This document shows, piece by piece, positions 29,983 through 38,719 of a stretch of DNA of 64,000 nt. Origin of the DNA: Polyangiales bacterium. Its GTDB lineage: Bacteria; Myxococcota_A; Polyangia; Polyangiales; Polyangiaceae. Position numbers and translations under genes: made by a program. Positions within the stretch are counted from its first letter, which is position 1. Each line of letters starts with the position of its first letter. The notes under the pieces are model-generated. The model had not been told where the DNA came from. It saw only the letters and a program-made list of their open reading frames with translations, and ran no database searches. The stretch spans positions 32,001 through 96,000 of the forward strand of contig JBBRLQ010000027.1 in NCBI GenBank assembly GCA_038231275.1. The letters run 5' to 3'.

Positions 29983-31233
29983 TCACTCTTTTCGCCGTGA
30001 CGCCGCCCGAACCAGATACCCCAACACCAGCGCGCCCGCCGCAGTCCCCCACTCCGCGCGCGTCCCATGGGCGACGAGGAGCAGCGGCGCCACCAGCGCC
30101 GGAATCGCGAGCCACCCATCCCGTGGGACGAAGCCGTGTCGGCGCCGCACCGACAGCCATGCCAGCGCCGCCGCGGCCGACGCGAACTGGCAGAGCACCG
30201 CCACGCTCGACATCACGAGGAGCTGATCGAGGTGCGCGCCGAACGCGACCGCGAGGCCGACGACGAGCGCCAGCGTCACAACGAGCGCGCGGCGCGGGAC
30301 GCCGTGATGCATCTCGGAGAGGCGCCCCGCGAGGGACTCTTGCGCGGCGAGCGCGGCGAGGTAGCGCGGCGTCATCGAGATCATGCCGAACGCGATGCCC
30401 AGCGCGGACAGCGACGTGCCCCAGGTGAGGAGCGCGCGCATCCCCGCCCCTCCGACGGCCCCCGCCGCGTCGGCGAGCGGCGCCTCCGACGCTCCTAGCG
30501 CGCCGCCGAGCGCGCGCGTGCACACCGTCTGGAGCACGAGGTAGAGAAGCGTGGCCGCGCCGAGCGATGCCACCGTCGCGAGCGGCACCGCGCGGCCGAC
30601 CGATCTCGCCTGCCCCGCGACGACGGGGACGATCTCGAAGCCCTGGAACGCGAACGTCGCGAGCAGCGCGGCGCCGAGCCACGATCCGCCTCCGGGCGCC
30701 GTCGCCGTCGCCGCGACGACCGGCTCGGCCGCGACCGGAGACACCGCGAGCCCGACCACCGCCAGCGCGAGCAGCGGCACGAGCTTCAGCGCCGTGAGCC
30801 CCGTCCACACGCGCGCCGAGAGGACGATCCCGATCGCGCACAGCGCCGCGAGCGCCGCCGCTACGAACGCCCCAAGCGCGCGCGCCCCTCCCGTACCGAC
30901 CAGCGCCTGCGCCAACCCCACGCACGTCGACGCCGTGCTCAAGACCGCGCTCACGTACGCCATCCACCCCACGGCAAACGCGATCCACGGCGGAAATGCC
31001 GCGCGCGCGTACAGCACCGGCCCGCCGTCCTCCTGGAACCGCCGCGAGAGGCGCGCGTACACGAGCGCGACCGGAGCGAGCAGCGCCGCGGTCAGCGCGA
31101 ACGCCATCACACTGCCACCGGGCGGCGCCGCGCGCGCGATCTCCGCCGGCGTGAAGAAGATCCCGACGCCGACGATGCCGTTCAGCCCGAGCGCGAACAG
31201 GCTCGGAAAGCCGAGCGGCCGCCGCTCGCTCAC
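29983..31233 (-). CDS. APC family amino acid permease
   Basis: GLNGIVGVGIF, DGGPVLYARAAF, FAFQGFE; about 12 TM helices. Confidence 0.9.
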   Translation of the reverse strand: MSERRPLGFPSLFALGLNGIVGVGIFFTPAEIARAAPPGGSVMAFALTAALLAPVALVYARLSRRFQEDGGPVLYARAAFPPWIAFAVGWMAYVSAVLSTASTCVGLAQALVGTGGARALGAFVAAALAALCAIGIVLSARVWTGLTALKLVPLLALAVVGLAVSPVAAEPVVAATATAPGGGSWLGAALLATFAFQGFEIVPVVAGQARSVGRAVPLATVASLGAATLLYLVLQTVCTRALGGALGASEAPLADAAGAVGGAGMRALLTWGTSLSALGIAFGMISMTPRYLAALAAQESLAGRLSEMHHGVPRRALVVTLALVVGLAVAFGAHLDQLLVMSSVAVLCQFASAAAALAWLSVRRRHGFVPRDGWLAIPALVAPLLLVAHGTRAEWGTAAGALVLGYLVRAASRRKE

Positions 31234-32540
31234 CGGACGCGTGCGGGGATCTTCAAGACGAAACGCGTCCCGGTCGGCGTCACCGCCTCCGCGTGGATGT
31301 CCCCGCCGTGTCCCTCGAGGATGTTCTTCACGATCGAGAGGCCGAGCCCCGTGCCCTTGCCGTCCGTCTTCGTCGTGAAGAACGGGGCGAAGACGTGCGG
31401 GAGGTTCTCGCGCGAGATGCCGTGCCCGTTGTCCTCCACGAGGACGAAGACCGTCCCGCCCTCCACGCGCGTCGTCACCACGAGTCGTCCGTTGCCGGCC
31501 GGCATCGCGTGACAGGCGTTGGTGACGAGGTTCACGAAGACCTGCGCCAGCTGTTCGGGCATGCCCTCCACTTCGGGCAGCTGCGCCGCGTAGCGCCGCT
31601 CGACCTTCGCGCCCGCCTCGTCGAGGACGTGCTCGCAGAACGCCAGCGCCCGATCGACGACAGTCTGCACGGAGACCGCCACCGGCGACTCGCTCGACGG
31701 CCGCGCGTACGTCACCAAATCGCGCGTGAAGCGGAGCATTCGCCCCGCGCTCTCGTTCACCCGGCGGAGGCGCTCGAGATCGTCGGCGTCGCCGCGCGCC
31801 TGCGCCCGCCGCGAGAGGTAGTCCGTGTACGCGACGATCGACGTGAGGGGGTTGTTGAGCTCGTGGACGACGCCCGCCGCGATCTGCCCGAGGCTGGCGA
31901 GCTTCTCCGCCTGCACCATGTGCGAGTTGAGCTTGCGCAGATCCGACGCGGCGGACTCGGCGATGGCGTACTTGCGGGCCTGAATCAGGCCTCGCTGCAT
32001 CACCTGCGCCGCGCGGAGCATCAGGAGGTTGGCCGGCGCCCGCGAGTCGGTGGTCGCCGGATCGTCGGAGGCGATGTGCAGCGTCGTGCCCGCAGCGTTG
32101 CCCTCGACGTCGTAGACGCGCTCGTGCACGTACCCCGGGAAGAGCCGCGCCGGATCGACGCCCACCGAGCGGTGCTCCTCGCCAGGAGGCACGACCTTCG
32201 ACACCTTCTGCTCACCGCCGCCGCCCGCCACGGTGTCCACGAGGCACGCGCCGACGCCCCAGTCGGGGAGGAGCGCCGCGAGCGTATCGATGATCGCGTC
32301 GACGACGCTCGCCTCTCCCTCCTCGACGGGGAGCGTATTGGACGTGATGAGGAGGGTGTCGAGCCACGCCGCCGGGACGTCGAGCACCACGCTCCGCCGA
32401 AGCGTCTTGGCCTCGTGGCTGATCGGGATCGACGAGACGGTGACGCGGTCGTGCGGCTCTTGCGTACCGCTGCTGATGAGCGCTTGCGAGTCGCGCGTCG
32501 TCTGCGGGATGGAGTCGCGCGGGTTGCTCGACCGCGTCAT
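31230..32540 (-). CDS. Cytoplasmic sensor histidine kinase (HisKA + HATPase_c)
   Basis: EKLASLGQIAAGVVHELNNPL, QVFVNLVTNA, DNGHG, PFFTTK, GTGLGL. Confidence 0.93.
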   Translation of the reverse strand: MTRSSNPRDSIPQTTRDSQALISSGTQEPHDRVTVSSIPISHEAKTLRRSVVLDVPAAWLDTLLITSNTLPVEEGEASVVDAIIDTLAALLPDWGVGACLVDTVAGGGGEQKVSKVVPPGEEHRSVGVDPARLFPGYVHERVYDVEGNAAGTTLHIASDDPATTDSRAPANLLMLRAAQVMQRGLIQARKYAIAESAASDLRKLNSHMVQAEKLASLGQIAAGVVHELNNPLTSIVAYTDYLSRRAQARGDADDLERLRRVNESAGRMLRFTRDLVTYARPSSESPVAVSVQTVVDRALAFCEHVLDEAGAKVERRYAAQLPEVEGMPEQLAQVFVNLVTNACHAMPAGNGRLVVTTRVEGGTVFVLVEDNGHGISRENLPHVFAPFFTTKTDGKGTGLGLSIVKNILEGHGGDIHAEAVTPTGTRFVLKIPARVR

Positions 32541-34555
32541 CGTCGGGGCTCCTCTCTCATCGGGATCGTCTCCCCCGACTCCGCCTCGCTCGCCTTGTCC
32601 AGATCGAGGATACGCGCGTGTCCGACGTACATCTTCGTCTCGTACTTCGTGATTTTGCCGATTTTCTTCACGATCTCGGCCATGCGATCGGCCTCCGACG
32701 AGATGACGTCGACGGCGTGGAGCGCTCCCGGTGTCTCGACCCAGCGCTTCAGGAGGAGCGCGTAGTTGATGACGGCCGTGAGCGGCTGATTGAGCTCGTG
32801 CGCGGCGGCGCCGGCGAGCTCGGCGATGATGGCCTGGCGCTCCTGCGCGAGGATCTGCTCCTGCGCCGCCTGAAGGCGCTGCTCCATGCGCATGCGCTCA
32901 CGCAGGTCGGTGAAGATGCCGACGGAGCCGGTGGGCGTGTCTCCCTCGAAGATGAGCGCCGCGGAGAGCGACACCGGCACGAGCTCGCCCTTCGCGCTCA
33001 GGACCTCCGTTCTCAACCCCTCGACGCGACCGCCGCCGCTGCGAATGAGCTTCATGATCTCCTGCGCGGTGTTGCCCGGGTAGAGCACGCGCACGTCGGT
33101 GCCGAGCATCTCCGCGCTCGTCTTGCCGTAGATGCGCTCGGCGGCGCGGTTGAAGAGGAGCACGCGCCCGCGCATGTCGGCGCTGATGATGGCGTCGACG
33201 GAGGCGTCGATGACGCGTTGCAGGAAGTCCTTCGTCTTCACGAGCTCCATCTCGACGGCGCGCTCCTGCGTGACGTCGCGGAAGCTCGAGAGGACCGCCC
33301 CCTCCTCGCGCAAGACCGAGTTGAAGTTGACGCTGACGGTGATGATCCGCTCGTCTTTGCGGCGGATCCTGAGATCGACACCCTGCGGGAAGCGCCCCTT
33401 CATGAACCCGATACGGAGATCGTGAGCGCGCTCAGCGTCTTCGGGCGCGAAGAGATCGCCGAGGCGGCGCCCGCGCAGGTCGTTCTCGTCGTAGCCGGTA
33501 ATCTCGCGCGCCTTGGGGTTCGAGAAGAGGAGGCGCCCCTCGTGGTCGAGAACGACGATGCCGTCGGCGGCGCTCTCGAAGAAGTCGGCGTAGCGCTGGA
33601 GCGACTTGAGGCGGCGCTCGGCCTCGAAGCGCGCGACGGTGACCTGCTGCGTCTGATCGCGCAGCGACTGCAGCACGCGCGCGTTGCGGAGGGCGATCGC
33701 CATCGCGCTCGAGACGGTGCGGCAGAGCGAGACCTCGTGCTCGCCGAACGCCGACGAACGGCGCGCGCGCAAGAAGAGGACGCCGAGCGGCCGGCCTTCG
33801 TAGAGGATCGGCAGAATCGCGAGCGAGCTGAAGGCGCGGGCGTGCGCGTCGTGGCGCACGATCTCGAGCAGCGTGGAGGTCGCGGCGTCGTGGATGACGA
33901 GCGGCTCTCCGCTCGTGAGCACCTGCTGGATCTCGGGGTACTTCGAGAGATCGATCGGGAGATCGCGGAGGTGCTCGTCGTCGCTCGCGGCCACGACGTA
34001 GCCGATCTGCCCTTGCTCGCGCACGAGGACGATCGACACGCGATCGACCTTGGCGACCTCGGCGATGCGCTGGACGACGGTGAAGAGGATGCCGCGAAAA
34101 TCTAGGTTCGACGCGAGCGCCTGCGTGAGCTCGAGGACGACGTTCGCGTCCTTCTCCTTCTTCGCGAGCTCGTCCATCACGCCGCGCAGGCGGAGCTGAC
34201 CGCGGATTCGCGCGACGAGCTCGACGGGCCTGAAGGGCTTCTTCACGAAGTCGTCGGCGCCCGCCTCGAACGCCTTGGCGATCTCGTCCTCGGCGTCGAG
34301 CCCGGTGAGGACGACGACGGGGAGATCCTTCGTCTCGGCGCGCGCGCGGAGAATGCGCAGGACCTGGTACCCGTCGGGCGCCGGCATCACGAGATCGAGG
34401 AGGACGATCGACGGCTTCACCCGCTCGATCTGGGCCAGGGCTTCGCTCCCGGAGGCAACCGCCACGTAGGGGAGCTCGGCGCTCGCGAGCGCCTGCACCA
34501 ACACGTGTCGGCTGACCGTATCGTCGTCGACGACCAGGACCGGACCGCCCAGCAC
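32537..34555 (-). CDS. REC-GAF-PAS-PAS-HisKA signalling protein lacking an ATPase domain
   Basis: VVDDD, LLDLVMP, KPF receiver motifs; GAF; two PAS (FSNPKA, FNRAAE); AHELNQPL followed by a stop ~80 aa later; GTG start inferred. Confidence 0.85.
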   Translation of the reverse strand: MLGGPVLVVDDDTVSRHVLVQALASAELPYVAVASGSEALAQIERVKPSIVLLDLVMPAPDGYQVLRILRARAETKDLPVVVLTGLDAEDEIAKAFEAGADDFVKKPFRPVELVARIRGQLRLRGVMDELAKKEKDANVVLELTQALASNLDFRGILFTVVQRIAEVAKVDRVSIVLVREQGQIGYVVAASDDEHLRDLPIDLSKYPEIQQVLTSGEPLVIHDAATSTLLEIVRHDAHARAFSSLAILPILYEGRPLGVLFLRARRSSAFGEHEVSLCRTVSSAMAIALRNARVLQSLRDQTQQVTVARFEAERRLKSLQRYADFFESAADGIVVLDHEGRLLFSNPKAREITGYDENDLRGRRLGDLFAPEDAERAHDLRIGFMKGRFPQGVDLRIRRKDERIITVSVNFNSVLREEGAVLSSFRDVTQERAVEMELVKTKDFLQRVIDASVDAIISADMRGRVLLFNRAAERIYGKTSAEMLGTDVRVLYPGNTAQEIMKLIRSGGGRVEGLRTEVLSAKGELVPVSLSAALIFEGDTPTGSVGIFTDLRERMRMEQRLQAAQEQILAQERQAIIAELAGAAAHELNQPLTAVINYALLLKRWVETPGALHAVDVISSEADRMAEIVKKIGKITKYETKMYVGHARILDLDKASEAESGETIPMREEPRR

Positions 34556-34707
34556 AGGCTCAAGTGTAGCGGATCGCAGCTTCGTCGATGAGAAAGAAGC
34601 GCCGGTCTCGCAGAATCGCCTACACGTCACGCGCGCGGCACGAAATCGCCCTTTTTTCTCGGCGATGGCGAGATGAGGGCCCGACGCGCGCGTGCTAGGT
34701 TGAGCCA

Positions 34708-35205
34708 ATGCGGGGACGTTCGCTCATGGCCGCCGGCCTCGGCGTCGCGATCGCGCTGGCGGGTTGCTCCCTGCTCGCGCCCTCCGATCACGATCTCCAA
34801 AAGGGGCTCGAGGGCAGCAGCGGAACCAGCGGTGGTACCAGCGGCAGCGGGAGCAGCGGAGCGACCAGCGGCGGAGCCAGCAGCAGCGGCACCAGCGGCG
34901 GTACGAGCGGGGCGAGCGGCGGAACCAGCGGCAGCGGCACGAGCGGCAGCGGCGACAGCGGCGCGAGCGGCAGCGGCGACAGCGGCGCGATCGACGGCTC
35001 GGATCCGAGCTGCGTTCCGGTTTGCGCGCTCGTTCCGCCCGCGTGCGACGTGCGGCAGTGCGCGTGCGCTGGGCGGCACTGCAACATCCAGGACTGTTCG
35101 GCCGTCGGCGGTACCACGACGCTCACGTGCGACAAGGTCGCGTGCACGCTCTCGCTTACCGCGAAGACGTGCATCGTCGACTCGCTCGTGTGCAAATGCC
35201 CGTGA
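34708..35205 (+). CDS. Lipoprotein with Gly/Ser linker and Cys-rich C-terminus
   Basis: Lipobox LAGC, (SG/TSGG)n tract, Cys-rich last ~60 aa. Confidence 0.75.
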   Translation: MRGRSLMAAGLGVAIALAGCSLLAPSDHDLQKGLEGSSGTSGGTSGSGSSGATSGGASSSGTSGGTSGASGGTSGSGTSGSGDSGASGSGDSGAIDGSDPSCVPVCALVPPACDVRQCACAGRHCNIQDCSAVGGTTTLTCDKVACTLSLTAKTCIVDSLVCKCP

Positions 35206-35214
35206 CGCGCTGAT

Positions 35215-36033
35215 TCAGAAGTGAAGCGCCGCGCCAAAGCCGCCGGGCACCGGGACGACGGACAGCGACGCGCCGCTTCGAGGCGACGCGGCGGGACCGG
35301 GCTGCACCGCCCAAACGACCACGGCCGAGGCGCCGAGCGCGAGGGCGCCGATCCATCCGATGTCGGCGAAGAGGTAGTCGCGGTGAATCGTCCGCACCTC
35401 GTCGTCGGAGCAGCGCGGCGAGCAGCCCTCCGCGCTCTTTCCGGCGAGCGCGAAGGCGACGAACAGGCCGCCGGCCGCGAGCGCGACGCCGCCGAGCACC
35501 CAGCTCGCGACGGGGACACCGCGCGACGCCTGCAGCGCGGGCCCAGCGGGGCCGGGCGCCGTCGGGTCGGCGAACTCGCCGCGGACATTGCGGAGCGCCC
35601 CCTCCGCGAGCACGACGTCGACCTTGACCGTGCGGCCGCCCCACTCGAAGCGGACGACGTGCGGCCCGGGATCGAGGCGCTGCGCGCGACCGTCGAGCGA
35701 GCTCGCCACGCGCGCATCGTCGACGAAGACGCTCACGTTGGTGAGATCGTGCCCTCGACCGTCCCCGGCGGAGAAGACCACCGACGGTTGCATGCGCTCG
35801 ACCTCGCGGCTCCACTCCGCGCAGTCCTTCACCACGAACGCAGGGCACCCCTTCGCAGCGCAAACGACGAGCTGGTCTTGCGCCGCGCGCAGGTGCCCGT
35901 CCTTGCGGAGGCGTTGCGCCTTCTCGTACGCGTCGAAGCACGTGTCGGCGCCGCCGGCGCGCGCGTCGGTCTGCGTGACGAGCAACGCCGCGGCCAAGAG
36001 CACGCCGGACGTCGATGCTGTCACCACGCGCAT
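35215..36033 (-). CDS. Secreted TPR/PEGA-like protein with C-terminal hydrophobic segments
   Basis: Signal peptide, C..AYE.AQ.LR..C....CP..V..DC..W motif, V.VD..LDPGPH PEGA-like domain, ends ALHF. Confidence 0.75.
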   Translation of the reverse strand: MRVVTASTSGVLLAAALLVTQTDARAGGADTCFDAYEKAQRLRKDGHLRAAQDQLVVCAAKGCPAFVVKDCAEWSREVERMQPSVVFSAGDGRGHDLTNVSVFVDDARVASSLDGRAQRLDPGPHVVRFEWGGRTVKVDVVLAEGALRNVRGEFADPTAPGPAGPALQASRGVPVASWVLGGVALAAGGLFVAFALAGKSAEGCSPRCSDDEVRTIHRDYLFADIGWIGALALGASAVVVWAVQPGPAASPRSGASLSVVPVPGGFGAALHF

Positions 36034-36060
36034 TGGATCGATGCTAGCCGCGGCGCCCAA

Positions 36061-37635
36061 TCATAAGCAATGTCGCTTCGGGATGCGGACGCCGTCTGCG
36101 CCGAGCGTGTAGGGAGGGTCGCAGTCGTTCTTCGGAGGTGGCGGGGGCGGGAGGACGCGATGCGGACCCGGCGCGCGCGCTGGTGACGTGACGCTGCCGA
36201 CCGGCGCGGATGCGCTGGCACTGTACGGAGGAGGTGGAGCAGGGGGAGCGGACGGGACGACCAGCGCAGGCGCGCTGGGCGCGGGGACCGACCGGTCCGC
36301 GAGCGTGGACGTGGTGGCAACCGGCGCAGACCGCGCGGCGCTCGACCCGCCACGCACGGCGAATGGGACGCCGACGAGGAGCACGCCGGCAAGGGTCGCG
36401 AGCGCGGCGATGACGAAGAGACGTCTTCGCGACGACGTAGGCGGGCGCGGCGCATCGACGAGCACGGGCGTGCGCGCGTCCTCTTTCATGGGTCCCGGCC
36501 CGGCATAAGGGCTCGTGGTCGCCGCGGTGTCGTCTTCCACGACCCGCACGCGCTCGTCGACCGTCAAGAGCGCGTGCTGCAAATTCTCCGACGTCATCTG
36601 GCTCGTGGCGGCGATCGACGCGCTGGCGAGCGCATCCATCTTGGCGCGCAGCTGCGCCGCGCTCTGCGCCTGCTCGCGACGCTTCGCCAGCTTCTGCCCA
36701 GACTTTCTCTGCACGAACGCGGCGACCTCGGGCGGCTCGGCGACACGTACCAGCAGCGCCGAGTGACGCGCGAGCTCGCTCGCCAGCGCGGCGGCGGTCG
36801 GGGTGCGCTTCGAAATGTCCGGCTCGAGCGCCGCGGCCACGGTCTGCTCGAGCGCCGCCGGAATCTCCGGCGCCACGGTGCGGAGGAGCGGCGGTCGCTC
36901 GGACACGACCTTCAAGAGCGTCGCGATCCCGTCCTGCTCGGTGTACAGGCGCCGCCCCGCGAGGATCTCCCAGGCGACGACGCCGGCGGCCCACACGTCC
37001 ACGCGCCGGTCGATCGCGACGCCCCGCGCCTGCTCGGGCGCCATGTACGAGACCTTCCCCTTCACTACGCCGGTCGCCGTGTTCACGTCGCTGTTCGCCG
37101 CCTTCGCGATCCCGAAATCGGTGAGCTGCGCGATCCCGTCGACGCCGACGAGGATGTTCTGCGGGGAAAAATCGCGGTGAACGACGTTCAGCGGCGCGCC
37201 GTTCTCGTCGTGGAGCTCGTGCGCCGCATGCAACCCCGCGAGGGCGTCGAGCAAGATGCGGATGCCCACGCCTACCGGCAGCGCCTCTTCGCCCCCGGCG
37301 CGACGCTGGAGGCTGCTCAGCGTGTCCCCCTCGACGTAATCCATGACGAGGAAGAGCCCGAGCGGATCCTCGCCGACGTCCAGGATCGAGACCACGTTCC
37401 GGTGGCGGATGCGCGACGCGAGGTTCCCTTCGGCGAGCAGCACCGCCGCGAACGCGCTCTCCTCGTTGAGGTGCGCGTGGGTCAGCTTGACCGCGACGTG
37501 ACGCTCGAAGCCGCGCGCGCCGCGGCTCTGCGCGAGGTACACCGTCGCCATTCCGCCGCTCGCGATGGGAAGAAGGATCTCGTAGCGCCCGATGCGCGGC
37601 GGAACGGGCGCGGCGACGCGGGCGCGCGAGCCCAT
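36061..37635 (-). CDS. Membrane-anchored Ser/Thr protein kinase
   Basis: GGMATV, VAVK, HRDFSPQN, DFG, YMAPE; TM, Pro-rich tail ending CDPPYT..DG.R.PK.HCL. Confidence 0.93.
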   Translation of the reverse strand: MGSRARVAAPVPPRIGRYEILLPIASGGMATVYLAQSRGARGFERHVAVKLTHAHLNEESAFAAVLLAEGNLASRIRHRNVVSILDVGEDPLGLFLVMDYVEGDTLSSLQRRAGGEEALPVGVGIRILLDALAGLHAAHELHDENGAPLNVVHRDFSPQNILVGVDGIAQLTDFGIAKAANSDVNTATGVVKGKVSYMAPEQARGVAIDRRVDVWAAGVVAWEILAGRRLYTEQDGIATLLKVVSERPPLLRTVAPEIPAALEQTVAAALEPDISKRTPTAAALASELARHSALLVRVAEPPEVAAFVQRKSGQKLAKRREQAQSAAQLRAKMDALASASIAATSQMTSENLQHALLTVDERVRVVEDDTAATTSPYAGPGPMKEDARTPVLVDAPRPPTSSRRRLFVIAALATLAGVLLVGVPFAVRGGSSAARSAPVATTSTLADRSVPAPSAPALVVPSAPPAPPPPYSASASAPVGSVTSPARAPGPHRVLPPPPPPKNDCDPPYTLGADGVRIPKRHCL

Positions 37636-38697
37636 CTACTCGAACAGGCCCCCCTGCCCCGGCCCTTGACGCTTTGGCTCCTTCTTCCCGAGGTGCTCGT
37701 ACGCCTTGCGCGTCGCGATGCGTCCGCGCGGCGTCCGTCCAAGGAAGCCCTGTTGCAAGAGGAACGGCTCGTACACGTCCTCGACGGTGTCGCGCGGCTC
37801 CCCGAGCGCGGCGGCGAGCGTCTCCACGCCGACCGGTCCGCCGTCGTAGTCGTCGATGATGATCTTGAGGAGACGCCGATCCATCTCGTCGAACCCCGCC
37901 GCGTCGACCTCCAACCGCTCGCACGCCCCCAAGACCGTGCGCGCGTCGATCGCGCCCGTGCCGAGCACCTCGGCGAAATCGCGCACGCGGCGAAGGAGGC
38001 GGTTCGCGATGCGCGGCGTCCCGCGAGACCTTCGTGCGATCTCGGTCGCGGCCTCCGCTTCGCACGGGACCTCGAGCAAGCTCGCGCTGCGCGTGACGAT
38101 CTTGGCGAGATCCTCGACCGGATAGAAGTCGAGCCGCACGATGTGGCCGAAGCGCGAAAAGAGCGGCGCCGTGAGGAGCCCGGTGCGCGTCGTCGCGCCG
38201 ACGAGCGTGAACGGATGAATCTGGATTTGGATCGCCGACGCGAACGCGCCTTCGCCGGTCATCACGTCGATCCGAAAGTCCTCCATCGCGGGATAGAGGC
38301 TCTCCTCGACGATCGGATTGAGGCGATGCACCTCGTCGATGAACAAGATGTCGTTCGGCGCGAGCTTGGTGAGGAGCCCCGCCAGCGCGCCTTTGTGCTC
38401 GACGACCGGACCGTTCGTCATGTGGAGCTGGACGCCCATCTCGTGCGCGAGGATCTGCGCGAGCGTCGTCTTGCCGAGGCCCGGAGGCCCACACAAGAGG
38501 AGGTGGTCGAGCGGCTCGCCACGTCGACGCGCCGCCTCGACGAAGACCTTCAGGTTCTCCTTGTGCTTGGTCTGTCCGATGTAGTCGTCGAACGTCTTCG
38601 GCCGCAGCGTCCGGTCGTAGCGCGCGTCGTCCCCCTGGAGGGCCCCGTCGATCGGACGCGCGCCCGTCTCTTGCGTGATCGGCTTCGCTTTCGGCAT
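37636..38697 (-). CDS. ruvB: Holliday junction branch migration helicase RuvB
   Basis: [56 protein letters not shown]. Confidence 0.98.
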   Translation of the reverse strand: MPKAKPITQETGARPIDGALQGDDARYDRTLRPKTFDDYIGQTKHKENLKVFVEAARRRGEPLDHLLLCGPPGLGKTTLAQILAHEMGVQLHMTNGPVVEHKGALAGLLTKLAPNDILFIDEVHRLNPIVEESLYPAMEDFRIDVMTGEGAFASAIQIQIHPFTLVGATTRTGLLTAPLFSRFGHIVRLDFYPVEDLAKIVTRSASLLEVPCEAEAATEIARRSRGTPRIANRLLRRVRDFAEVLGTGAIDARTVLGACERLEVDAAGFDEMDRRLLKIIIDDYDGGPVGVETLAAALGEPRDTVEDVYEPFLLQQGFLGRTPRGRIATRKAYEHLGKKEPKRQGPGQGGLFE

Positions 38698-38719
38698 GGG
38701 CCGAAGCAGCCTACCGCCG

